From: Candidatus Poribacteria bacterium
Lineage (GTDB): Bacteria; Poribacteria; WGA-4E; JAJDTR01
Direction: 5' to 3'
Length of the DNA stretch: 64,000 nt
NCBI GenBank assembly: GCA_965222225.1
Contig: CBDCTK010000002.1
Location: 3,328,001 to 3,392,000, forward strand
The stretch's first letter is position 1; each line of letters begins with the position of its first letter. Both the position numbers and the translations under genes were made by a program. This document shows, piece after piece, positions 50,243-60,477 of the stretch. Under the pieces are notes generated by a model. That model was not told the origin of the DNA. It did not search any database and was given only the letters and a program-made list of their open reading frames with translations.

Positions 50243-50593
50243 TTATGCCTCTTTTTCTCCGCCGTTGGGCTTGTGGAGTTTCTTGAGGAGCGAAACACCT
50301 GCATGCAAGTCATCCACCGATTCGACATCAACCGTTTTAGGGATGCCTTTCGTATTCAAAGCCGCATCAAATTCAAAGCGGTGGACGCCCGCTAATTCAG
50401 CCGCTCTGGCAAGCGTAACTTCACCATGTTGATAGAGCAAGATTGCGGCGTCAAGGCGAGAATCTCTTTTAGTAGTGACCAGTTTTTCAAGAGCATCGGT
50501 CATCAACACCGTCAGGTCGGCATAGAGTCCTGCATGTATTAAGGCGTTAATCTCTTTTTCGAGAGTGGGAGAGTCAATTTCAATCTTAAGCAT
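50243..50593 (-). CDS. UPF0175-family antitoxin-like protein
   Basis: AILLYQHGEVTLARAAELAGVHRFEF HTH motif. Confidence 0.8.
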   Translation of the reverse strand: MLKIEIDSPTLEKEINALIHAGLYADLTVLMTDALEKLVTTKRDSRLDAAILLYQHGEVTLARAAELAGVHRFEFDAALNTKGIPKTVDVESVDDLHAGVSLLKKLHKPNGGEKEA

Positions 50594-50963
50594 GGCTATC
50601 TTTCCTTTCCGTTGCGATGCGGAAGTCGGCTACTTGAACTTCTCTCGCCTCGGCGAGTGCCGCATTGAGATTCCGCACCACTGTGTGTCTTCTGATGTAT
50701 TGGCAAAATCACTGGGTAACGTGTGATGATACGTTCTCATCCTGCCCAATCCGTTCCTTCGTGGTGTACCGTTCGAGAAGTGCGGCCACGGTTTACCATC
50801 TCAACCATTGTTCGAATCTTTCTTCCAAGGCTGTCTAGCGTTCCTTGCTAAGAAATGCTTCTTCGCCGGTTGAACCGGCATCAAAGAATGGTTAGCACAA
50901 CTATTGCTATCCCCCCACCGTATCCTGTCCACGTAATGAGAAGAACTACTGTCTGACCCGATG

Positions 50964-51185
50964 TTAATCTCCTTGCATTCCAGGTTGCAACGTTACCAGC
51001 GACGGTTGACAGTCCGCCGCTGACAGTAGTATGCCGCCGCTGCTTGGTATCGTGCTTGTTAACACCGAAGAACTGTCAACCATCTCGTCGTCATCCGCCG
51101 CTTCCTCATCGTAATCGCAGCCCAGTGGAAGTAACATCAGTAGAAGACTCATCGTCGGAAAATTTATGAGATAGACCGATTTCAC
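50964..51185 (-). pseudogene. Possible truncated lipoprotein
   Basis: LLPLGC lipobox and acidic linker, followed by an early stop. Confidence 0.35.
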
Positions 51186-51273
51186 CGGCAGGTATCACCT
51201 CTTACGAAGAAAAATTGTTGAGGCCGGGACAACCATTCTACAGGGACGTGGCCTAGTTGACAGACATCAACGG

Positions 51274-52347
51274 TTACTCACGCACTTCACCGGACCAATC
51301 CCGCCAGATATCGCCATTTGTGTTGTCCAGCACGAGTGGGTCGGGGAGTGACTCGGGTGTTTTCTTAAAACCGTAAATTGTCGCTTGACGGATAACGTCG
51401 TTAGACGCGTTCTGTCCCGCGATGTGCAGGATTTTGGTGTGCCACAGTATGACAGTACCACTAGGCCCATGACAATCGAACGGTTGGGTATCCTCCTTGA
51501 TTTGCCTAATGACAGGGTCGGTATAACCGCCCGCCCTGCGTACCGTCAGATGTTTGTCTGTATGCTTCTCACCAGCTTTGAAAGCCTTCCACTGTTCCCG
51601 CCAGATCGGCTCGTGGCTCCCGGGCCACACGGTAAACCCGCCGGAGTTCGGCGGCACATCGGAAATGTAGGCTGACATCTGCAGCCGCCATCGGCCGTAG
51701 CACGCACCGTCGGAATGGGCACCGGGGTAATCGGGGGCATGAGGCGGGCTATTCGGTAGGGTACAATATAATCCACGAGTCCCCTGCCCATTGAGCCACA
51801 CCGGTCCGGTTTTGGGCAACCGCAGCGCAGGCTCTGTCGTGAAGGCGCCCTTTGATGGCCAACCCATCGAGTGCCCCACATGGGAGTTTAGTCCTCCCAC
51901 GGTGTCGTCGCACATAAAGCACGGGCCTGTCGTGTAGCCCGACTCGTCAAGTCCGGCGGGCCACACTACTGACCCCCTCCCGAGAAGTTGCTCGGAGACT
52001 CGCCACAAGGCGCGGGGAGCTAGGTTGAGCATCAATTCCGACGCCCCATTGCGGATTGTGAACCGGTGTCCGCCGCCGCTGAAATACGACTCACCTCCGC
52101 TCTCGGGCCGCTGTGCCTGCAACTTGGCGCTCTCCTCCTCGGTGATGGGCACCCATGTGGAGGGGTCGTCCCTGTTCATACGCGGAAGGTGGGCTTGAAT
52201 CACCTCCCACGTTTCGTCCCGTGCCTGGTGGCAGAGCGCAGCGTCGAGAACCCCTTTAAGAACTAGGAATCCGTCACGCTTGAACTGGGCAATCTGGTCT
52301 GTCGTCAAGGGTTCAATCGACTTAATACTTGGGACTGACACGGTCAT
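51274..52347 (-). CDS. Phytanoyl-CoA dioxygenase (PhyH) family protein
   Basis: LT..QIAQFKRDGFLVL, HSD (HxD), GGFTVWPGSH, G..GTVILWH..ILH and R motifs. Confidence 0.88.
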   Translation of the reverse strand: MTVSVPSIKSIEPLTTDQIAQFKRDGFLVLKGVLDAALCHQARDETWEVIQAHLPRMNRDDPSTWVPITEEESAKLQAQRPESGGESYFSGGGHRFTIRNGASELMLNLAPRALWRVSEQLLGRGSVVWPAGLDESGYTTGPCFMCDDTVGGLNSHVGHSMGWPSKGAFTTEPALRLPKTGPVWLNGQGTRGLYCTLPNSPPHAPDYPGAHSDGACYGRWRLQMSAYISDVPPNSGGFTVWPGSHEPIWREQWKAFKAGEKHTDKHLTVRRAGGYTDPVIRQIKEDTQPFDCHGPSGTVILWHTKILHIAGQNASNDVIRQATIYGFKKTPESLPDPLVLDNTNGDIWRDWSGEVRE

Positions 52348-52499
52348 TTTCCTTTTACTGTTGACATACTCATTGGGTATTTCTGACAATGCCCTTTGAG
52401 TTTACAAATCTCGTAGTTTCCCGAAAAGTCAAGGGACTGAAACTGAAAGTGTAACACACAATACATTTCTACAAATAAGAACCGGCACAATCCTGTAGG

Positions 52500-52715
52500 A
52501 TCAAAGGAGCGAATAGCGACTGCGATAGGGATCCCAGCGCGATCGATGATCGTCAAATCGTCGATTTCCCCTCTTACTGCGCACCAGCCTTTGAAAGCGT
52601 CGGCACGGGATCAAACGAGTGAATAACGATCGACTGAGTGATGAACGAAGGATCAAGGGAATGGATAATGACCGCGATAGAGTTCCCATAGAAGATCCCG
52701 TGCGATAGAGATTTC
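52500..52715 (+). repeat. 35-nt GA-hairpin elements including a triple nest
   Basis: Full units at 52500-52534 and 52652-52686, the latter inside two split outer copies spanning 52610-52715. Confidence 0.87.
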
Positions 52716-52785
52716 ACGGGTAATAGTAAGTCAAATGCCCAAAAATGGCGCTACTATCTATTTTTCAAACAGGTTCTAAAGTCAT

Positions 52786-55700
52786 TCAACATGTCTGAAA
52801 CTGACAGAGATTTACTTCCCTCCACGTTACAAGGTGTTGCTTCAGGCTTCTTTTCAACCACTTGCGTTCGTACATTGTCACATGGTTTGCCGCGGCGTGC
52901 TGACGTGTTTGCTTGGCAAACTCGCGATTCGTGATAATAATCGGCTGAAAGATGGCGTTGTATCTTTCCTCATAAAACGACTTTGCCGCTAGAATCTCAT
53001 CCACAGCTTCATTTCCCGGTTTGCCCCCTTCTTTACGTTGTTTGACCTGTATTAGCAATCCGCTGGTTCCCTCTTGGCTATGGTAGGCAATGACATCTGC
53101 CCCTTTGTCACCGGAAAAGGGTGTTAATTCAACACGATATCCTTGGGCTTGAAAAAGGGTAGCAACGAAGGCCTCAAAGAATGCTGGATCGAGTGCGTCA
53201 GCATCTTCTATCGTCAGCGGTGGTCCATCTTGTGGTTGGGATCGCGTTCGTCGTAGTTCATCCAGAATCTCTGTGCGAGTAACTTCGGCTTGTTCAGTGG
53301 GAAACAGCGTGCCCTGCGAAAGCTGGCGTTTTCGTTCAAGAAGTTCGTGCAGAACCACATCAAACGTCGGAAACTTGGGATGCGTTGCCATTGGCAGGTA
53401 AATATGCACGGGGCGCGTTTGCCCTATTCGGTAGACTCGATCACTCGCCTGATCTTCTTTGGCGGGATTCCACCAACGGCTATAGTGAATGACATGGTTC
53501 GCTTCCGTGATATTGAGCCCAACGCCAGCGGCGAGCGGGGACATGATGATAGCGTTGAAACCCGGTATGGCTTGAAAACGATTAACAGCTTGTTGCCGAC
53601 TCATCTTCATCGAATTTCCCCGTTGTGCGCTACCGGGCGTGTCACCATTCACGATAGAGATGTTCGCCAATCCGAAACGTCCTTGAATGACACGCTTCAA
53701 TAGATGCTGTGTTTTTCGACGTTCCGCAAACAGAATCACCTTTTCTCCATCATCAGCAATCTTTTTGAGAAGCTTTACTGTCACGAGCAGTTTTGCCGAT
53801 TGTTCAATCAAGTCTGGTGTAGGAACTTCCTCCCATTCAGAATCGGCCAACAGTGGATGGTCGGATATGTCTCGCAACTGGTGAAGAACCCTCAAGATAC
53901 TGTTCGGAGATTCCGGGCCCGTTGATTCGCTCTCGTGTACGGATTGAAGCGTAGCCACATAGCGGTCTGCCTGATTCAAAGGCATCTCTAATTGGCACTC
54001 TTGAACATGGATGTGTTTTTCGGGGAGATCTTTTAGAATGTCGGTTTTCAGTCGTCTCTTGAAGTGAACCCCGATGCGCTCTCGAATCTGATCCCCAAGT
54101 GCGCGAATGTTGGTATCAGGATGCTTAAGCGGGCGGCAGAAGTCTCGATCGAAGTTTTTCGCGCTGTCAAGATATCCCGGCGCTACAAAATCCGTAATAC
54201 ACCACAAATCCATTAGCGAATTTTCAACGGGCGTTCCCGTCAACGCAAGCCGAAAATCGGTTTTAAGCGCTTTCACGGCATTGGTGACCAATGCCCCCGG
54301 TGTCTTGATCCGCTGCGCCTCATCAATCACAACAGCAGCCCAGGGAATCAACCCCAAGTCTAACTGAAAGTCGCGAACGGTCTCATACGTGGTGAGTACC
54401 AGCTTGGCAGTTCGCAGGCGGTCTACATCAAGTGCCCCGCGGCGGCGGCGAAGTTCCGAGATTCGTTCCGCGCCTTCAAGTTCAGGAATCTCGTGGTTGA
54501 TTTCGCGCTTGAAGGCTTGCAGTTTCTTTCCGTACAACGTGATGAAATCTAATGAGCCTCCGTCAAAAAACTTTGGATACTCTGCTTGCCAATTTTATAG
54601 GAGCGCAATGGGAGCAACTATCAGGTGCGGCCGTTGCAAGTGATATTTAGCGTGGTGCCACTCCAGAAAACAGAGCACTTGCAGCGTTTTGCCGAGTCCC
54701 ATGTCATCGGCGAGCAAACCGCCGGGGTATTTCTCCTCCCAAAGTTGCTGTGCCCATGCAATCCCCTCCTCTTGATGCGGCAGGAGTTCTACTTCCTGTT
54801 TTAAATTCGGCGAAGGTTCTAGTAGATGACGAAACGGTTCTTTGACCGGTGGATCGGGTGTTGGTTGGACGTAACCGGGATCCTCAATATTTTCCTCGAT
54901 AATCAAGACCGGGGGCTCCAGCTTTTCATCCGGGCACGGTGGTTTCTTTCGGCGTTTGAGTTGCTTTTCGATGAATGGAAGATATCGCTCAACCTCGGAA
55001 ACGGGGAGTTGCCCATCTTTCCACGTCACCATTTTTTTGCCGGTCCTGTTTGCCCGATCAATCAAACCTTTCAGTTCGTCTAGTTCTCGCTGATCTTTGA
55101 CTGGTATCTTCGTGCGCTTTCCATCCTTGTCTTCAACGATAATGCCGGGAATCCATTCACTTTTGTAGGGCGAAATGAACGGATAAACCTTTGGTTGGTA
55201 GACTCCGATCGCACGGACGCGATGACTGAAAGAAAGGGGCTCATCTGTAGTTGGATCCAGTTCAACAATATCCGGATTGAAGTATGCTTGTGGCTGTTTG
55301 GCAATCTCGTCCAGTTCCTCACGGGAGACGCGACGAAAACGCTTAACGGAATCTAGTGCCTCTCGCTGCTCTTTCCGGAAGAGCACACGGGTTCGCGCAC
55401 CTTCAGGTTGGGAGATGTTGTATACGGCCTCAGGGTTCGGAAACTTGTCAAAAACCTCTTCAAACTTCGCGCCGTCAACTCCATCTACGTCAGGGATAAT
55501 CTCAATTCCATCTCCCGCCTCACGCAGACGCAAGCGAACGGTTCTCGGCGCGACAACATTCTCCTGATTCAGATAACAATCGAGTGCAGCCCCAGTCTGT
55601 GTCGCCAATCCTTTTATCGTTGCAAACTTGAGTAGATTCGCTTCGAAAATTTTGTCGTGCGCTTCCTGTTTATTGAAGGCATCTAATTCCTCTAATAGTG

Positions 55701-56154
55701 AGAATTGTTCGCCTGTCAGGAGATATGCCCACTCTGCTGTCAAACGCAACACGCAGCCGATCCGTTCTGGATGCAAGGGTTTTCGATCCGGTTGTAGAAA
55801 CTGATAATTGTAACGAAACTCCGGCTCATTGAGTGTCCCGCGTGAACCAATCTCAAGGTCAAATGGATACGGCTCCGGCAAACCGAGCAAACTCTGTTCA
55901 ACGAAGTCGAGACGACACACTTCCTCACACGGCATGAGAATCTCCGTGTCTGAGGATTCTGCTTGACCATTATCGAGCAGTTCCTTAAGCAACACCCATT
56001 GTGCCTGAGCATGATAGGCATTCGCTGGCAGGTTCTGGGCGTGTTTGGTCACTGAAAGACTATCCAACGGAGCGGTAAACCGAATGCCTGTTGGAATTTC
56101 CTGCCAGTTGAATTGTGGCGGCTCAGATTTGCTCTTTCCAAACAGGTTTAACAT
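52786..56154 (-). pseudogene. zorD: Zorya ZorD (SNF2 helicase plus Mrr-like nuclease) with an in-frame stop
   Basis: GGLLADDMGLGKT, DEAQRIK, LTGTPVEN, WWNPAKEDQASDRVYRIGQ and C-terminal GDKGADV..IQVK. TAA at 54597-54595 interrupts APIALL*NW in frame. Confidence 0.88.
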
Positions 56155-56159
56155 AGCAA

Positions 56160-57554
56160 TTACCCTTCCAACCAATAACCTCGCACTGGATCAATTCCAA
56201 GTTCATCCGTGATCCACGATTCAAATTTTTCCTGCCAATCGTAGCCCTCTGATTTTCTGTGAATTACACGATCTCTAGCGAAATACATGTTACGTAACTC
56301 CGCCATGTTATACGCCAAATTACCCAAATCAAACGGACGCTCCGCGTTATCATAGACATAGCAAGCTCCCGCGGTGCTGAACTCAACAAAAGTATGGTCG
56401 CCCATCTGAATGATGAAGGCGTGTTGATCAGGATTCCCACCCGTCAACTTCGCGGGTCGTCGTTCCTCATAATATTTTAGGGCTTGTGGGTTGTTCCTGA
56501 TGAGGTTCTGTACATTGCCGCGCAGCACCGGCCGACAAAATGAAATTCGTTCAAGATACGCCAACCAAAAGGCTTTTCGGTAAGCAAATTTCCGGTCATT
56601 GCAGGCTTTCGCAACGACATCAAAGAAAAACCGAAGGTCTTCTTTTGTGATCCATCCCGTAAAAATTCGTCTCGCTTCATCGGAAACGCCACGCCAATTT
56701 GCAACGTTTCCCGTAATTCTCGGGTCTTTCCATTTTCCGAGAACGTAGGATTGAACTGGTTGCCGAAAATCATCGAAAGCGTCAATGCCAAGTCTTTCAA
56801 TAGTTCTCGACACGATAGCACGGCTTGCGTTGTCGTCTCCATGCACCTTAACAAATTCGATGATGTCTGCAACAGTCTCCCGATCAAGGCGATGGTTGCT
56901 CTCGAAGAGTTCTTCGACATACGCCATTCCAACGATACCGAAGTAACAATAGTCGTGCATTTGAGTGGGCAACTTAAGATGCGACCAAATATCCGATAAG
57001 TTCACCCCGTCCCGTAACAAACTCATTGCTAGCTGATTAGCTCCGCTCTCTTCACAATACCACGCTAAATTGGCTTTGAGGTTCTGAAAAAACTTCTGGC
57101 GTCCTTCGTAATTTGCGAGGTGTCTTCTGACAAACGCGCGCAACAACCCCGCTCCCCACGCATCCCATGCTCGCAGCAGGGCATTAAAAACGCCGTGCAA
57201 CTGGCGCATGCGGAACCGGTCTTCAATGAGTTGGAGCGCGTCGCGGAGCTCCGGTGTGTCCACAATCCGGTGAAGATTAACCTCGGAGTAGGTCAACGCC
57301 CACGCAAGCCGCCGGATGCGTCTAAGCGAGTCAAACTCGGTATCCAGCCTTCCAGTTCGGATGGCATTGAAGAAGAGGTGATAAATCTCACGCAAATCTT
57401 CCTTCGCGGGAATATTGCACATACTATTATGCTTCCTTTCTATTCCCTCCAAATCCGAAACTATCTTTGGTGGTATTGCAGTAGGCTTCGGCGCGCGACG
57501 AACGAACTCGTCCGCATCGAAATCGAATTGAAGCAATTCTCTGGCCGAATTCAT
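56160..57554 (-). CDS. zorC: Zorya ZorC (EH-signature domain)
   Basis: DPR...W, FF, R..FW..Y, FVEFS..GACY and H...WQ motifs. Lies between zorB and zorD. Confidence 0.85.
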   Translation of the reverse strand: MNSARELLQFDFDADEFVRRAPKPTAIPPKIVSDLEGIERKHNSMCNIPAKEDLREIYHLFFNAIRTGRLDTEFDSLRRIRRLAWALTYSEVNLHRIVDTPELRDALQLIEDRFRMRQLHGVFNALLRAWDAWGAGLLRAFVRRHLANYEGRQKFFQNLKANLAWYCEESGANQLAMSLLRDGVNLSDIWSHLKLPTQMHDYCYFGIVGMAYVEELFESNHRLDRETVADIIEFVKVHGDDNASRAIVSRTIERLGIDAFDDFRQPVQSYVLGKWKDPRITGNVANWRGVSDEARRIFTGWITKEDLRFFFDVVAKACNDRKFAYRKAFWLAYLERISFCRPVLRGNVQNLIRNNPQALKYYEERRPAKLTGGNPDQHAFIIQMGDHTFVEFSTAGACYVYDNAERPFDLGNLAYNMAELRNMYFARDRVIHRKSEGYDWQEKFESWITDELGIDPVRGYWLEG

Positions 57555-57576
57555 TTTACCTCCTGTGTACTCCTAT

Positions 57577-58299
57577 TCAAGGAGAACGTATTCCAGGTTC
57601 AATCTCCAATAATTTCTCCGCCGTCGGCGACACCATATCCCAATCCCGTAACCGAAACTGAAATTCGACGCGGCGGTTCTGGGCGCGCCCTTCTTCCGTA
57701 TCGTTAGGCGCAATCGGCTGGACGAAACTCCGCCCGTTTGCGGACAGTAATTTTTTCAAATCCTCCGCGTAACGAAACGCCCCAAACTCTTTTGCAAATA
57801 AATATGCGGCCACACTATTTGCGCGGCGAAGGCTCAGTCTGAGATTATACTCATACCCACCAACATTGTCCGTATGCCCCTCAATAATCACCTGTGCAAT
57901 ATGTTCCTTCACCAGGGGATCGGAGAGCAGAATCCCCACATATTGGGGAGTAAATTGTCGAAGGAACACCTTTCCCGTCTCCTTAAGTTCAGCTTTCCCG
58001 AAATCGAACAAAACGCCCTCAGTGATGCGGATTACCCCGGTGTCAGGGTCAACTTCAACATCAAAATCGGAAAGTTCTTGAAGTAATCGACTGATGAGTA
58101 GCTTTTTGATTCGTTCCCGGTCGTCAAGTAATTCTAATTCTCTTCGCTTTTCCTCCATCAGGTTTTCAAGCCGCAACATGACAAAAGAAAGCAGAAGCAC
58201 GAAAATCAGCAGTAACCCTGCCATCAAGTCACCCAACGATAGACTGAATGGGTTTTCGTCGGAAAGCGTCTTGGATTTCGGTGGTAATCTTCGCATCAC
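57577..58299 (-). CDS. zorB: Zorya ZorB (MotB/OmpA-like)
   Basis: SLGDLMAGLLLIFVL TM with conserved Asp, IEGHTD, NLRLSLRRA and NRRVEF motifs. Confidence 0.92.
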   Translation of the reverse strand: MMRRLPPKSKTLSDENPFSLSLGDLMAGLLLIFVLLLSFVMLRLENLMEEKRRELELLDDRERIKKLLISRLLQELSDFDVEVDPDTGVIRITEGVLFDFGKAELKETGKVFLRQFTPQYVGILLSDPLVKEHIAQVIIEGHTDNVGGYEYNLRLSLRRANSVAAYLFAKEFGAFRYAEDLKKLLSANGRSFVQPIAPNDTEEGRAQNRRVEFQFRLRDWDMVSPTAEKLLEIEPGIRSP

Positions 58300-60443
58300 C
58301 TATTGCCGGACATGGACGGTAGTCGATCAATCCGATCGTTCAACTCTTCAATATTATCACGTTGTTCTTGGATGCTTGCATCCAGTGACTGTACCGCACT
58401 GGCCAACTGAGTAGCTAACCGTGTGAGATAATCATTGATTGACTCACGGGTGGTTTCGGCGTACTCACTTAATCCTTTTTGAATCTCCGCGAATATATCC
58501 TTCAATTCATCCCGTATCTCAGGGAATTGTTCAAGGGTGTCATTAAGCATCCCGTTGAGTTGTCGAATTGTCTCACGATTCGCTGCGAGATAGTTCTTGT
58601 TTTCTTGATTAAACGCCTGGCTCGCTTGAGTCAACTGTTGACCCGCGGTTTCAAGGCGATTAGCGCCTAGCATCAACTGACTGGACAAAGTCTGGGTCGT
58701 CTCAATCATTTGGCTGACGCTTGTTACGGTTGTATTCATCTGTTCCAACATGTCGCGTCCTCTCGCGAGTGCTTCCTGCGAGTTAGCGATTTGAGCGTTG
58801 ATAGCTCTAATTTGATCGCCTTGTTGATTTAGTAGCGCGCTGACACTTTGCTCTCCTGCTTTAAGGATTGACTCAAGCCGTCCGGCTGATTGATCAACGA
58901 GTTGCCGCATTCGATCTGTTGACTCCGTAAAGGCTGCCGAAGTTTGCGAAGTGATGTTGCCGATAGCTTGCTGCTGCGTATCAAGGGTCGAAGTGAGTGC
59001 CTGTTGTAAGTCGGTAATTGCTGCTTCAAGCGTTTGGATGCTTTGATTAGAAACCGCCTCAATATCCGCCATCCGTCGATTCAACTGTTCGCCTGTCTGA
59101 TTTGCAGACGATTCCAATAACTCGCGCATCCGGGTTGTCATTGCCTCGGACTCTGTGGCATTTTGTGACGCAGTAGACGTGATTGATTCTTGCAATTGGG
59201 TAATTGTGCTTTGGAGCGCTTGAATACTCTGATTAGTTGCCTCTGACAGGCTGGACTGTTGTAGATCGACAGCGCTTTGAAATGCGTTGAGCATTCGGTC
59301 CATCAGGTTTTGTAATTGCCCAGTCTGTTCTTCGGATGTTGCGGACAATAATTGGCGACTGCCGTTAATCTGCTCCTGCACACCTGCCATCATGCTTGTC
59401 AACTGCTCGGGTAAAGTTGACAAACTTTCGCTTGCACTGCGGACAGTTTCCGCAAGCCCCTCCAATTGTGCAGTAGTTGACCCTGAGAGCGATTCATGGA
59501 ATTCTTCAACCAATCGTTGGATGGCATCTGTCGAAGATTCTTCCTTTTGTCGTTGCAATTCCTCTACAGCTTTGTTAAGGCTATCCAGACTCGGTGTCAA
59601 CTGTTCTGCCATCGCACTGCTGAAGGCTTCGGGGGCGTTGTGAAGTTCCTGAATGATTTCTTCGCGCCCCTGTGTCATCGCACTCTTAATCTCGTTTGCC
59701 AAATCTGTCGAGAATGATTTGAGCGCCGCTGTCTGTTGTGCGAGTTCGTCTTCTTGGCGAAACAAGATCGCTTCTTGTGTCGTCAGCGTGAACAACTTAT
59801 CGAGTGCGCGTTGTAGATTCGTGATGGCTTGACTTATCCGACCCATGCGCCGCTTTTCAAATAGATTGAACACAAGCGAAACAGACATTCCCCAAACGGA
59901 AGTCACAAATGCTGTTGATACACCCGATAGCAGCGTTTTGATAGCATCGCCAATTTCCTCAATCTCGGTAAAGTCAATCCCCGCAAAGGGTCTCAATCCC
60001 CAAACAAGCCCAACAAAGGTACCAAGAATTCCGAGTCCAACCAATAGGGCGGGCACGCTATTCCAAAACCTAAGGTTCAATTGTTGATCCAAGAGGCGGT
60101 CCTCGCCAAAGAAAAGTGATGAGTCGTCCGTTTTATATACAACTTCTGGGTCTTCACGAGGATGCTCAATTAGTGAATCCTCAAACTCCTGCCATGCTTC
60201 AGCGAGGTTATTGCGTTCAAAACTGATTTTCAAGTTGTGCTTAAATGATGGTTGAGCAGGTCTTTTGTATTTGTCCACCTCTTTGCTCAAGCTGTCAATT
60301 CGGCTCGCGCGACGAAAGGTTTTCCGCATTAAAATTATCGACAAGATTATAAAAGTCGAAAGGATTACAGAAATAAAACCGTCCATAATCTTATCGGTCT
60401 CGCCCCACCACCACGGGAGTAATAGATCAATAAATTCGCTCAT
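58296..60443 (-). CDS. zorA: Zorya ZorA (MotA-like head with a long coiled-coil tail)
   Basis: VPALLVGLGILGTFVGL and LLSGVSTAFVTSVWG motifs, then about 500 aa of helical tail. Confidence 0.92.
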   Translation of the reverse strand: MSEFIDLLLPWWWGETDKIMDGFISVILSTFIILSIILMRKTFRRASRIDSLSKEVDKYKRPAQPSFKHNLKISFERNNLAEAWQEFEDSLIEHPREDPEVVYKTDDSSLFFGEDRLLDQQLNLRFWNSVPALLVGLGILGTFVGLVWGLRPFAGIDFTEIEEIGDAIKTLLSGVSTAFVTSVWGMSVSLVFNLFEKRRMGRISQAITNLQRALDKLFTLTTQEAILFRQEDELAQQTAALKSFSTDLANEIKSAMTQGREEIIQELHNAPEAFSSAMAEQLTPSLDSLNKAVEELQRQKEESSTDAIQRLVEEFHESLSGSTTAQLEGLAETVRSASESLSTLPEQLTSMMAGVQEQINGSRQLLSATSEEQTGQLQNLMDRMLNAFQSAVDLQQSSLSEATNQSIQALQSTITQLQESITSTASQNATESEAMTTRMRELLESSANQTGEQLNRRMADIEAVSNQSIQTLEAAITDLQQALTSTLDTQQQAIGNITSQTSAAFTESTDRMRQLVDQSAGRLESILKAGEQSVSALLNQQGDQIRAINAQIANSQEALARGRDMLEQMNTTVTSVSQMIETTQTLSSQLMLGANRLETAGQQLTQASQAFNQENKNYLAANRETIRQLNGMLNDTLEQFPEIRDELKDIFAEIQKGLSEYAETTRESINDYLTRLATQLASAVQSLDASIQEQRDNIEELNDRIDRLPSMSGNR

Positions 60444-60477
60444 AACCCTCCTCGTTCATGATTGATTTGAGAGTGCC

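Noticed and set aside
54595-54597. Alternative genetic code or programmed readthrough
   Set aside because: TAA, TAG and TGA all act as normal stops elsewhere in the window, and no recoding signal was seen.
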